Shown here in pieces: positions 32,053 through 44,304 of a stretch of 64,000 nucleotides of DNA. Below the pieces are notes generated by a model that searched no databases, was not told the DNA's origin, and saw only the letters and a list, made by a program, of their open reading frames with translations. Positions within the stretch are counted from its first letter, which is position 1. Every line of letters begins with the position of its first letter. The DNA comes from Marsupella aquatica (lineage: Eukaryota > Plantae > Marchantiophyta): assembly GCA_973895155.1 (NCBI GenBank), contig OZ316894.1, positions 19,010,805-19,074,804 of the forward strand, read 5' to 3'. A program made the position numbers and the translations under genes.

Positions 32053-34176
32053 ACGAGGCATGGACAGTATGAGAACGTCTTTTGTGGCTGACAGAACTCT
32101 TCCGAAGTACAGTCTCATGCCTAACTAGCTTCGATTTCAAATTACCCCAACGACGAGTGATCAAGAGATGTCTTCAGTTGAGTCTTGAGCCGTATGGCAT
32201 CCTGTGTAAACCCTCCAAGATGGATGGAAAGTAGCTGAATAGTGGTCAGAACGAGGGTCAGAAGCGGAAGCACCAGAACGAATATTAAACGTCTTCCTAG
32301 TCATCTCTTTCACGGCATATATAGGTAAAACTTATAATAAGGATCGGACGAGTTTCTAGCTGCTATCTTCTGCTGCACTGCATCTTGGATGGAAAGTAGC
32401 AGAATCATACGTGGTCAAAAGCGGAAGCACTATAGGACGAGTTTAGCTGTTATCTTCTGCTGCACCGCTTTGAGTCCATCTACTGTTGCCCTCACTGGCT
32501 TATTTCCTGATAGGAGAGCCAAAAATGCTGGGGTTTTTACTGTAGTTCTTAATAAATATAATTCAATTCAAGGCAAGGCAAAAGAAGAGCTTAGTTCCTT
32601 TCTGCTCTTTTTATTATTAGTTAATCAGCTCAGTACATGATTGGTATCAGGATGTGCAGTCACGCAAGGAGAAGTAAGTCAGACCATCTCCACCCGTGCC
32701 CAGCTTCCCCATCTAAATGAATCACCAAACGAACCAGATTAATATAGAGAAAATTGGCTATTGCTTTCCCCACCGGTACCCTGTATTTACAAATGTTTCG
32801 AGATCGACAGCCAAATCCAAGCTGCCAACCGCCATTTATAGCAAGATGGCTTTTAACCAACCCGCCATTTGCATCGACGGTAGAAGTTACATGACTGACA
32901 CCGATTTGCAGTTTCGGGTTGAAAGTATGAACACATGATTTCGGGAATGGAGGTCAGCTTGCGGGGTTTCAGTGGGGTCGACTTCCGATGGAAGATTAAA
33001 ATTTCATTCCTGAGACACGCACCTCTGCCTCGATGATTTGGGGAGGCTCGGCTATACCAAACCCGTGGATAAGCTGAGTTCGGCCGTTTGTTTGAAGCAG
33101 CTTTACTTTTAACACGGGTGGAACTGTGGAAAGGATTACGTTCCTGCCTGTATCGTAGAGTATGATTACGGATAACATCGAACAAGATTGAGAGCGTACA
33201 CCACTCTATGGTTGCCGCCGACCCCACGGGACTGGAGAGAAATTGGCCCCACAATCATAAAGTGCTCTTGACCTCCTGCAGCTAAGTGGATATGATGATG
33301 CTCGGAACTCAGAAAGCTCCCATCAATTGGTCTCACAAGTTGTCGAAAGCCCGTGTCGTGGACTTTGAGCCCGCAATGGACCATGATCGAGGATCTCCAC
33401 TGTGGACCTCAAAACACTAGGGATCCGCCTAGGTCAGCCTACGGAATTCGGGAAATACTAAGAAAGATATTGACTGGTTTGACTGGGAAGGGTAATATAT
33501 GTGATTCTTGTTTCTCGATCTCTTCCGGATGTCGTTCTACCTTTCTGGACGTGCCAGTAGCTGTCAAAGAGCTGAGTTTTGGGGCACTGTGCACCGCATT
33601 TGCAAATGGACAACCACGCCATCGTCATCAATCAGTCAAGCTAGAACTACAGTGAAGACCATTCTGCCAAGCGTCCAGTTTACCATTGGAATCTTTCAGT
33701 GTTTTTCTTCTCTGTCTCGAACACTTCTCAACTTCCTTTTAGTTTCTCTCGATCAATACATCATTCTGGAAGTGTGAGCTGACCTCCAGACCAAGGCGGG
33801 CAGTCAGTCCTCTGGCACATGGAGAATCTCTTCATGGAGTGCGCTGACGTTTATATGCCCTAAGTGAGTAGACAGAGTCCATCTTCCTATGCCGTTGCCT
33901 ATTCTCTACCACGATTGACCGAAATACGTTTCCTCTTGCTCTGCAATTTGCTGCTTTTCTTCCGTGCGTGGTGTCCGACCGAGACAATTGAGGGCAAACA
34001 TGGACGAGGGTGGCCGCAGATGAAGGCAAGGAAGGGCAGAAGATGTTCGAAGAAGCGGCTCGAGAAGATGCAAAAATGCAAAACAGAGTAAAGGTAGCTG
34101 ACAGTAGGGGTAACAAGTAGCACCAGTTTCAATCACGAACTAGAGCAAGGGACGGTGTGGGAGGAAGATAGCAGCA

Positions 34177-37143
34177 ATGGACTGGAAACTGAACAAACGT
34201 GGCGCTCGAACTTCGCTGAAATGGGTGTCGTTTGTGGCAGCCTTGTGGCTGATGGCTTGCGTAGGCACCCAGGACACATTCGCACTGTATTCTCCCGTTC
34301 TCAAGGCAGTGATGAACTACAACCAGCTCGAACTGAGCACTCTGTCAGGGGCCAAAGAGACTGGCAAGGGCTTTGGACTCCTCGCTGGAGTATTTTCCTT
34401 TTTCGTTCCTCTCTGGGTCATGCTGACAGTCTCGATCGTTGAAAGTGTTCTGGGATTCGGCTTCCTGTGGCTTGTAATCTCCGAACACATTGCGCCTCCT
34501 CCTTATAAGCTGGTGCGTTGCCTACTTGGACAGCAAACTCCTCTCTTCAATATTATGAAAAATGATTGTTTTTGTGGAATTCGATGAATGATCATCGAGG
34601 AGAGTTATCTTATTGATGGATAGATCGTCGCTTAGTTAGAACTGGACATAAAGTCTGGGGTTGCGATACACATTAAGTAACCAGTTTAACGTCTACCGCT
34701 TAAGTCTTCAGAAGGTGTGAGATGGGACCCCAAGTACGACAATTGGACCAGCCCCGATACAAAAAAATGAGCACAGATTACCGAAGTTTAGAATGTACTG
34801 GACAGGGCTCGAAACAATCCACAAAAACAAGAGTGTGGCGTCAGAATTCAGAATCTTCCGGATCCACCAAAGTCATTGATTTGAGCTCAGGAAGATCCAC
34901 TGAAACAAAGGGAGTGCTAGCAAGTACAAGGGCGTCTGAGTAGCGTTTCACAAATATATCGATCTAGTTTCAACAATTGAACTGCTCAATTCCAAGTCGA
35001 GAACATTTCTTGAATACATTGGTGAGAAATTCGTCAAATTTAGAGCTTAACTCCAATCAATTGAAAGTTTTGACATTCTCGTTGTACAAATGCAACTAAT
35101 TCCTTTCTGTCTGCATCATATTCTAGAGATTCTGTCACAATCTGCTTTGTATGACAAATTGTATAAATTACTCAGTGTCTACAGACTTCAGTTCATCCAT
35201 TCATACCCTGACTGGAAGATCTGATGCAAGGGATAGTATAAAGCAATCAAACTTTAGACCAAAGCATGCCCTTGGATCACATTGCCACTTTGTTTACCAG
35301 AAGAGAACAGAAGAAAATTAAGCAGGCAGGAAACACAGAAGATTTGACAGGAAGAGAGGGCTAATGGACAATTTCCACTTGCAATAACCTATCTTAAAAC
35401 AGACTGGCAACGGAGTGGGAAACAGAGTGAAGAAACGAATATCCTTCAGAGCGAAGAATTCCAGGATAGAAGTAATAAGAAGTCTCGTCAACATTGAGAA
35501 AACATTCACCAATTACTGGTTTAGCAAGATTTGTTAGTTGACGCGAGCAATGTCTGATCGATTGCCAACGTTGTGTCCATGTTCAAAAAGAATGCCGCTT
35601 ATGACGTTTTGTTTGTGGCCCTAATTCTGGCGTAATGGCTTGTCCCAGTTTTCCTCCTCTACTGTAATATAATGCATTTGTCTGGTTTCAACCAGCACTG
35701 TGGATCAGAATTAGTCGCCGTCTGTGTAGCAGTGTCTGCCCTTCCCTCGTCCGAAGTTATTGACCAGTAGATGAACATCTGTTGTTCAGAATTATAGAAA
35801 AAATCCGTTGGATACACGGTTTTTTTTTTTTTCCATGCTGTTCCATTCGTCCTTCGTTTTTCCTTGTACTTGCGAGTCCATGGCCCACTTAGCTCCTCGC
35901 AATGCATGTTTACTTAGACAGAAGCCATGAATCTCAAGGGATTGGTCGAGACAAAATCCAATGTAGACGTGTAATTCTGTGCCAAGGTACAGAGGTTAGT
36001 CTTTTCATGTGAAGCCCCATGACAGCTGTTTAGCGAAGATTTGTCTCGAACCATAGAATCCAGTTCCTCAGTCTTTATTTCTCGTTTTTGGTGCAGATGT
36101 ATGTTATGCTGTGGATCGCCGGAAACAGCATAACGTGGATGAATACTGCAGCCATTGTGGTCTCCATTCAAAATTTTCCTTTCAACCGGGGAACTGTGGT
36201 GGGTATCCTGAAGGGTATACAGGCCCTGAGTGCAGCCATTTACATTCAGCTGGGGACCATTCTCTTCACCAACAATGTGGAATCATTCCTCCTTTTGCTA
36301 GCATTTCTCCCAGCAAGTAGCTGCGTCGTTGGAATTCTTCTACTCAAGCGAGTTCCCCCGGTAATGAGTCGAAAGGAAACACACGAAGATAAGAAAACCT
36401 TCACCTGGGTATATGTCTCAACAATGGTGCTGGCTCTTTTCATGCTGTCTTACAACATTGGCAGCTATCTTACCGACGTCAGTCCGCTCATCTCCAACCT
36501 GTACATTATCCTGCTCGCCCTCTTTGTAGCAGCCCCCCTGGTGGTGCCTGTGCGGTCTTTCATCTACTCCTGCTGGGAAAGCAGTTCTGAGCCTGAAAAT
36601 GCGAGGTTATCGACAGATGATCAAATCACAGATCCTCTTCTACTTGAAGAAGCCGAAAACACGAAAGAGAGTACACCCCTGATCGCAGACAGTTATACTC
36701 ATGAATCACTCTGGATGCATGCTGTCACTCGAGCGAATCAGAGCAGCGACCTTATCAAGAAGAAACCTGCAGCTGAAAACCCACCAACAGTAGCGGTTGG
36801 GGAGAGCATTGGCGTTCCAAGCAGTAGCTCTCAAGACGTCATTACTGTTGAGGGGCCACCACCTCCAGCCAGGAACCCTGTTGCGAAGGAGAAGAGGGTG
36901 TTGAAGAAGATAGGAACGCACCATTTCACCGTGAAGGATGCATGGGGTGCCAAGGAGTTCTGGCTTCTGTTTTTCTCATTCTTCTGTGGAATTGGGATGA
37001 GCATCACTCTTCAAACTAATATGAGCCAGGTGGCGGAGGCCATGGGCTACAAGGATGTGACGATTTTCTTGATCATCTTCACCGTTGCAACTTTCTTTGG
37101 GAGAGTTCTTGGCGGTGGCTTCTCTGAATTGTTTATCAAGTAT

Positions 37144-37198
<55 letters not shown>

Positions 37199-38006
37199 TA
37201 TTCAATTCAGATGAGATATCTTGTCTCTGCGGGCCTCCAACTCTGCTTCTATTGTTCCTGGCAAGTTCGCTCGTCTGATGTCATAACCCGATGTCACACT
37301 TGGACCTAAGATTTCGATCTTCTTAGTATTCTTTCTTTTCGCATATCGTCGCATGTAAAAGTGCTTTATATCAGGAGGGCCTGACGTTCTGCTTCAACGT
37401 CCTCCGACTTGCAGGTTGGCTGCGATTCCCAGGCCATTCTTGGGTGCGATCGCCCAAGCAATCATGGTCGTCTGCTACATTCAGCTGGCTCTCGCGTTCC
37501 CTGTATCCCTCTTCGTCGGGACCTTCTTCGCAGGCATTACCGCAGGTGTTGAAATGACCATCGCCATTGCCACGGCATCCGAGCTTTTTGGTCTAAAATT
37601 CATCGGCATGCTGTACAACTTTCTCCTTCTTGTGTATCCTCTAGCTGGTAACCTCTTTTCCGGGGTGCTCGTCGGGAAACTCTACGATAATGAAGCTCAC
37701 AAGGTTGGAGATACGACGCCCATGGGCTCCGCAATGACTGTCCTCGTCCAATGGGCAGAGAACCATCGCTTGCCACCCCTGTACGCATTTCGCGATGATG
37801 AGACAGAAACCTGCGTTGGAGCACATTGTTTCCGATTGATCTTCTTCATTATGGCTGGAGTCAGCGCTTTGGGCGTAGTTCTGAATCTCGGCCTTGTCTT
37901 CAGAATTCGCCGCCACTATCGCTCCTGGTACTGGAATGATTCCTTGGCTGCCTCTACTCGTGTCGAGACTGTCCCACCAGCCCCTCTCCTCATCTCACAC
38001 TCCTGA
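34177..38006 (+). CDS. Major facilitator superfamily, nodulin-like/NFD4-like membrane protein, 3 exons
   Basis: Inferred exons: 34177-34512, 36097-37139, 37415-38006. Motifs: WVSFVAALWL...FALYSPVLKAVMNYNQLEL, WMNTAAIVVSIQNFPFNRGTVVGILKG, ASELFGLK...LYN, CVGAHCF. About 12 hydrophobic segments. Confidence 0.92.
37145..37192. repeat. (CT)24 microsatellite just inside the 5' end of MFS intron 2
   Basis: Read directly from the sequence. Confidence 0.97.
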
Positions 38007-39554
38007 TTCCTTCGATAGACCTTCTGTACTAGACTTCTTCCATACCGAGCGATTACAGTACCGTCTTCAAACGAAATAATCGATTTGTACAGGACAGTTA
38101 CCACCTATCTATATTTGCTCACGAAGCTTCTGAATGTACAATTCAGGACCAAAAATGCTAATGCCAGATGACAACCGAACGAGCCTGAGTGATTTCTTCT
38201 CTCCCAAAGCAGCACAGATCTTCTTCCTTTAGAATCGTTTGGTACCGTAATCAATTAGGACTCATTACAGTCAATGTTTGCAACAGTAAGGCTCTTCCTG
38301 TTATGTAGATTATACTCTCCCTTGCGTACTGTGTGAGCACTGCCTCTACTGTCGGCCTTTACGAGATATCGAGAGAGCGAGAGAGGTTGGCTAACATTGT
38401 AAAGCCAGGGGTAGCGCTATGTTACTGTCGCAATGCACAGTACAATGACGGGCAAAGATGATGACTACTGTAGCTTGTCGATTGTGATCCTCGTATTTTG
38501 TACATCTTAAAACATCGAAATCCCTCCAGTGGCACCTTCGAGCGTCACAGTAACTCTGGACTGAGGATGCAGAAGGAATGGAAGTACGATTTGATTACCA
38601 GATCTTCCAGACCATATTTTTAGACATTGAAATTCCTATAGTAGCATCTTCGAACGTCACAGTAAGTCTGGACTGAGGGTGCAGAAAGAATGGATGGACG
38701 AATTCATTACTGAGTCTTCCAGATCATAAGGCCATATGGGGACTACAGACGAAGCAGGACGCTCAAGTGAGTGATCGATGATTTCTCGACAGGATCGAGT
38801 TCGTCAATGTGATAGCGTTCTTCATATTTGGAAGTCACTCCTATTTGTATCTCTGAGTTTCACCGCCGTTCTTCTCAAAAGCAGTAGAGGCTACAGGTTG
38901 CAAATGGGGAAATTCTTAAGAGAAACACTCAAATAGAATCGAATATTTTGAACTTTGGTATGAGTTAAAAATGGAATGCGAACTATCTATTTCAAGTGGG
39001 ACACTACATCAAAGAGGCTGAGATAGATTTGTCCCTGTATTCAACCGTGCAATTGGACAAGCTGTACATCACAATTATAATTTCCACTTGATGTATACTA
39101 TCTCATTCCCTCTAGTGAGCTTACCTGCAGCCACCACTCTCGTTGCAAATAATTAAACACACTTTCTCATTGTTCTCCTTCTGCTTTTAGGATAGGAACA
39201 ACGAGAGGATGCCACTGGGCGAGATGTACAATCTGAACACGTCCAGAACAAACCACATGGAAACTAAACCGCAGCAATCCTATGCTCACTTGTGCAAAAA
39301 AAGCATACGAGGAAGAGAAAGATAAGAATACTAGAAGCTGCACGAGTGCCCATCATGTTTTCGTATAAGATCAAAGAATCTGAACCCGCACCCCAAGACA
39401 TAACAGGAGTACACAAAATTCATGAACGACCTAGACAGACACTGGGAGTACTTACATCAATTAGCAGCAACTGACCGCTGTGTTCACCAATACGATATGC
39501 ATCCTGAATTCGCAAGCGAAAAATCAAAACTCTGCGGAAAAATTGATGCTTCGA

Positions 39555-39557
<3 letters not shown>

Positions 39558-39587
<30 letters not shown>
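39558..39587. repeat. (GA)n microsatellite
   Basis: Read directly from the sequence. Confidence 0.95.
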
Positions 39588-39590
<3 letters not shown>

Positions 39591-40279
39591 AGCTCATCTC
39601 GCCGAGATCAAGCAATGATCGAGCAATCCTAGTTTCAGTTGATGATATGAAGGTGCAAGGTACTACTGTCTCCATGTAAAGTAATGACTACATGTGCTTT
39701 TTGCATTTTGTCCAAAGCCCAAAGACCACCCATACCCAACTCTTGCTTTACAAAACCAGCCAGTCAAATGTTTATGGGGACATTCTCTGTTATTAAATGC
39801 ACTTTGTATATATATAAAACTTTTATACCAGCCTTTTTTCTACAAAAGGGATAACAAATGAAACTAATCAAAAAATCTCAAAACACTAGCCTTCATTTTT
39901 GTGTTTTTATTTTATTTTGGAAAACAATGTTGTTATTGTTGTGAAAGCTATGTTGTTGAGGAGAGCAAGGAGATGTGGGATGGTGAGAGGGAGTGCAAGA
40001 GAGGCAATGGCTCCTCGTCAGTGGCTTTGTGGGGTCAAGGTGTGGTCACCCAATGCTATTGGGAGGGGAACATTTGAATCTTTCTCTCCCCCTTTTTCCC
40101 ATTTGTTCACTCCATTCCTCCCCCTCTTTCTTATCTTTGGCACCATTAAATAAACAAAAGAATGCAAAATTAAATAAAGAGAATAAAAAGAGAGGGAGTT
40201 AAAAGAAAAAATGTGACGGCTCAAGTTGATTCACTCAGACAAAGAAGTTTTTGGTGGCATTGCATATTATAGAAGTAGA

Positions 40280-40790
40280 GTAATGTTCTCCAATACTGTG
40301 AGATAAATGTCTCGTCTCCTATACGTTTTTCATCTTCAGTCACGAAACATTAATTTTCTCCAATACTATGACATAAATGTTTTTTATAAGTTTGTAATAA
40401 AACAAAACAGGGACGTAGTAGAACTCATCTCTATACTTTTGTTTTCCTGAGTCATGAAACATTAATGTTCTCCAATACTATGAGATAAATGCTTTTTTCA
40501 TGTTTCTAATAAAGCAAAACAGGGACGTAATAGTACTCGCCACATGGCGTTGTTTTAAAAAATAACACTTCTAGGTCCCATGACAAAAAATACATTTTAA
40601 GTCAAACACAAAATCTATTGCCATGTGTTCTAAAATGAAACTTCTAGGTCCCATGACAAAACGACATTTTAAGTCAAACACTAAATCTATTCAACACAGG
40701 CCAGGCCTTGGACATTGTGTTCCAATTCTAGGTCCCATGACAAAAAATACATTTTAAGTCAAACACAAAATCTATTCAACACAGGCCAAG
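40280..40790. repeat. AT-rich degenerate tandem repeats (two nested families), probable transposon remnant
   Basis: TAATKTTCTCCAATACTRTGASATAAATG occurs three times (40281-40491). TTCTAGGTCCCATGACAAAA...CATTTTAAGTCAAACAC occurs three times (40569-40780). Confidence 0.75.
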
Positions 40791-41308
40791 AGTTTGAGGA
40801 ACTCCTTTTCTTTCCTCTGATTTATAAATTTTGGCACTCTTGAATTTTGGTACTCTCATCTGTTTTACATTGTGTTCAAGTTTGAGACTCATGCCACTTC
40901 TACAAAGTCTATTTAATTAACACAAGGCCAGGCCAACTGTTCGAGTTGGAGAGTGTGTTCAAGTTTGAGACTACCGCCACTTCTGTTTGGGTGCCTTGCT
41001 CACGAAGCTCGCCGGGTGAGACCACAGTCACCGAGACTACCGCCACTAGCTTCTGTCTTAGCTTACGAAGCTTGCCTCGGACTCGATAGAAGTTCTCTCA
41101 GTGATGGGGGACGTTCCTCAGATGACCAAAATAATGCCCCCCCTCGGCATACTGCCTGCCCTCCAGGTCCGCAGTGACCTCATGCAGTTCTCGCAACGCA
41201 GTATATCGTCAGAAGCAGCTTTTCATATTGACTAGGTGCAGTTGCCCCATGGCAAATCGATGAGGCAAAGCTCCGCAGTCATGCTTCGAATCATGGGATC
41301 CTTGAGAG

Positions 41309-41315
41309 TATAAAA
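41309..41315 (+). promoter_or_regulatory. Putative TATA box of GST gene
   Basis: TATAAAA ~570 nt upstream of the ATG. Splice-like sites in between (CAG|GTAGAT ~41488; TGTCAG| 41866) suggest 5'-UTR intron(s). Confidence 0.4.
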
Positions 41316-41884
41316 ACACAGACTTCAATCAGTGGAACGTAGTTCATAGCGTACGTGGAGATTAACATTTTGAGCCTTAACGTCCGCAAGAAGATTTCTG
41401 AGCCTTAACACAAATTACCAACGACGCGAGCCGAGCGGCATCCTTCCCCAGCTATTCTTACAACCTCTTCGAAGGGAATTCCGCCCAGGTAGATAACATA
41501 GAGTACTAATGTCATGCATCAGTTCGAGGTTGAATTGCAGGAGCATGGTCCTTCAGACCTCGTTCAGAAAGTCTTTTTGTACATACAGTAAATTTGCATT
41601 CGCATTGTCCTTTATATTAATGTCTCCACTTATGTTTGAAAGCTGCACGACCTCGTGCACGATGAGTGGCTCCGCAATTTCTAGTGATTTGACAAGAGAA
41701 ACCGCAGCGATTGCAGCTGCAGATTACTTGGCATATATATGTTGCATGCCCACTCACCGTATTGAACATTTCGTGTGGTACTTGTCTTGCAGGTGCAACC
41801 AGTAGCAATTCACGGCCTGAACTCACTGTCTTCTGAATCAATCAAGTTAATAGAATTCTTGTCAGGATCAGAACTGTTCTAGCA

Positions 41885-42589
41885 ATGGGTACTGTTGCAG
41901 ACGCACCGGTCACGCTGTTTAGTGCCCCCATCAGTCCTTTCGCAACACGCGTGCGAATTGCTCTGAAAGAGAAAGGCATTGCATACACGCACATCGACGT
42001 TGACTTCGCCAACAAACCAAAGCTTCTGCTGGAGGCCAATCCCATCTGGAAGAACGTCCCTACGCTCATCCACAATGGGAAACCAGTGACAGAATCGCTG
42101 ATCATCTTGGAATACCTTGAAGATGAATGGCCGCAGCAAGTCCCCTTGATGCCTAAGGGGGCTTATCAGAAGTCCCAGGTTAGGTTCTGGGCCGACTATG
42201 TCATCAAAAGCTTCGGCAAATTGCTAGATACCGCGAGATTAAAGGCTGGATCTCCAGAGCAGAAAACCGCTCAGGAAGAGACCATAAATTTCTTGAAGAC
42301 GCTTGAAATGGCCATGACCAGTTTCTCCACCGAGGGGCCGTTCTTTATGGGAGAGACTTTCGGATTTCTGGATGTTGTGGTGGCTCCTTTGACAAATTTT
42401 ATAATGTTGGCTGAGGAAGCTGGTGGCCTTGTCGTCCCTGGGCTTGAGGAAATTCCTCGATTCCACAAGTTCATTGAGGCAATTGTCGCACGCCCAAGTT
42501 ACAAAACGGCCGTTCCATCCAAAGAAGATGTTTTTGCATTTTTCATTGGCACAAGAAACGCCGCAGCCGCGGCTGCTGCTTCCAAATGA
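41885..42589 (+). CDS. GSTU: Glutathione S-transferase, Tau class (234 aa, intronless CDS)
   Basis: N-terminal SPFATRVRIALKEKGI with the catalytic Ser, LLEANPIWKNVPTLIHNGKPVTESLIILEYLEDEW, YQKSQVRFWADYV, and GPFFMGETFGFLDV. Confidence 0.93.
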   Translation: MGTVADAPVTLFSAPISPFATRVRIALKEKGIAYTHIDVDFANKPKLLLEANPIWKNVPTLIHNGKPVTESLIILEYLEDEWPQQVPLMPKGAYQKSQVRFWADYVIKSFGKLLDTARLKAGSPEQKTAQEETINFLKTLEMAMTSFSTEGPFFMGETFGFLDVVVAPLTNFIMLAEEAGGLVVPGLEEIPRFHKFIEAIVARPSYKTAVPSKEDVFAFFIGTRNAAAAAAASK

Positions 42590-44176
42590 GCGGGGTTAGA
42601 GATCCTTACGGCAACAGTATTGATGGGCTTAAATACTTGTGACGGTATTTTGCTTCAATAACTTCACATACAGTCATCTGTTGTGGACTTAAGCTTTGGG
42701 TAGCGATTTTATTTGCAACACTATATTTTCTTGCACAACCTCAGTGCGTCAAAAATCTCAACGCCAGGAAAGGTGTTAGTAGAAATTCGGCGATACCTCA
42801 TGGGCCTAGTCTGGGTTACAAGGTGAGGCTCTCATTTGTAGGGTTTAGTTTAGTTGGAGAGGAGAGGAGTTTCAGTCCAGAGATTCGTCGTGATAGTCTT
42901 TAGTTAGACAGTATTGATTTCAAACGACGCAATTGAATAACTGTCATTTGGCTCTCAATTCGCACTACTCGTTCAGTTGATTTTGCTTTATAAAAAAAGC
43001 AAAAGGGCAGACTTCTTTACTTTAGAGCGCAATGATGATGGATTTTTATATTGCAGCTCTCGATTAGCTGTTAGAACTAAGTAAAACTGTTGTTACTGTC
43101 TTCCCAATGATACGAGTTGACATTCGGATTTTTCTTTGTCTTGTTTGAGCGTTTGCAACTTGGCATAATTATAACGTCTCTTAACAGGTGTCCCTGGTCC
43201 TAGTTGAGTGTGACGAACCCTGAAGAATGATGACGGGTCGTAGGGCTGTACATCGTCCACCTCAATCAGTGTGACTCTCATACAAATTTAGCAGCCCTGG
43301 AAAATTGGAGTCGATATAGTGTGAGGCAGATAGACTGAGTAATTGCAAGCCACACGTACGCTGAAAATCACTGGAGAGACGAGAAAACTCTACCCAATCC
43401 ATGAACGTTCTAGCGAAGAAGCTTAGTGGTCGTCACACTAGAGAGATGAGAAAGCTGAGTTCTAAATCTAGCTTGTGTCCATCAACGTCTAAAGAAGCAG
43501 CTCAGTGGACATGCTGCAGACTAATTGTTAACACTTTTGCATGAAAGCTTTACAACGACAATTAATGAATGACTTTAATTCTCTGCTCGAGAGTACTCGC
43601 ATGACTGCTTTAATGTGAGAATTCTATGATTTTCCATCGGGCTCACGATGCTTCAAGAGACAGGCATATCTGACTCAATTCTCCTGTTCGTCATGATCCC
43701 ACTTCTTGTATGTGGATGAGCCACGAGTGAACTAGCACGCACTTAGAATTTATCCTGAGCTAAGCTGATGGTGTAATCCTAATTTCAGCATCAGAAACCA
43801 GATCTCGACTTCCATACAGGGCAGCTGTCTTGTGTACACAAACCGCACAAAGGCAAGATCAAAATTTGTTCTAGAACCTGATCCTACTGACGAGCTTCTA
43901 AATAGTATTCAATGAGTCTGATCCGAGCTCGAAATTGTTCCCAACCTCAAAAGAGTGTTCAGGACACTACAAATTTATTCGGACTAATTCTGCCTTGATG
44001 TCTATAAGTATATAGTAGCAATCAAAAACTATTTCCCAGGCTGCAGATGGTGTTCTAAAGCAGTATCCATCACTCAAACAAGTAAACAGTGTGTTGTGTT
44101 GCTAGCACAAGTGAGTTCCACCCTGTGACACTCTCCTGGAAATTACAAACAGCCCAAGAGAAAATTAACAAGCTAG

Positions 44177-44304
44177 GGGCACTATGTGTCGAAAGTTACT
44201 ATTAAAGTCGCTATCCTTACTAGTCAAATTAGAGAAAAATAACAAGGGGCAATATGTGTCGAAAGTTACTATTAAAATCGCTATCCTTACTAGTCAAATT
44301 AGAG
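44177..44304. repeat. ~69-bp tandem duplication
   Basis: GGGGCAMTATGTGTCGAAAGTTACTATTAAARTCGCTATCCTTACTAGTCAAATTAGAGA occurs twice. Confidence 0.85.

Noticed and set aside
38530-38730. ~112-bp degenerate tandem duplication downstream of the MFS gene
   Set aside because: A two-copy local duplication with no structural or coding signal.
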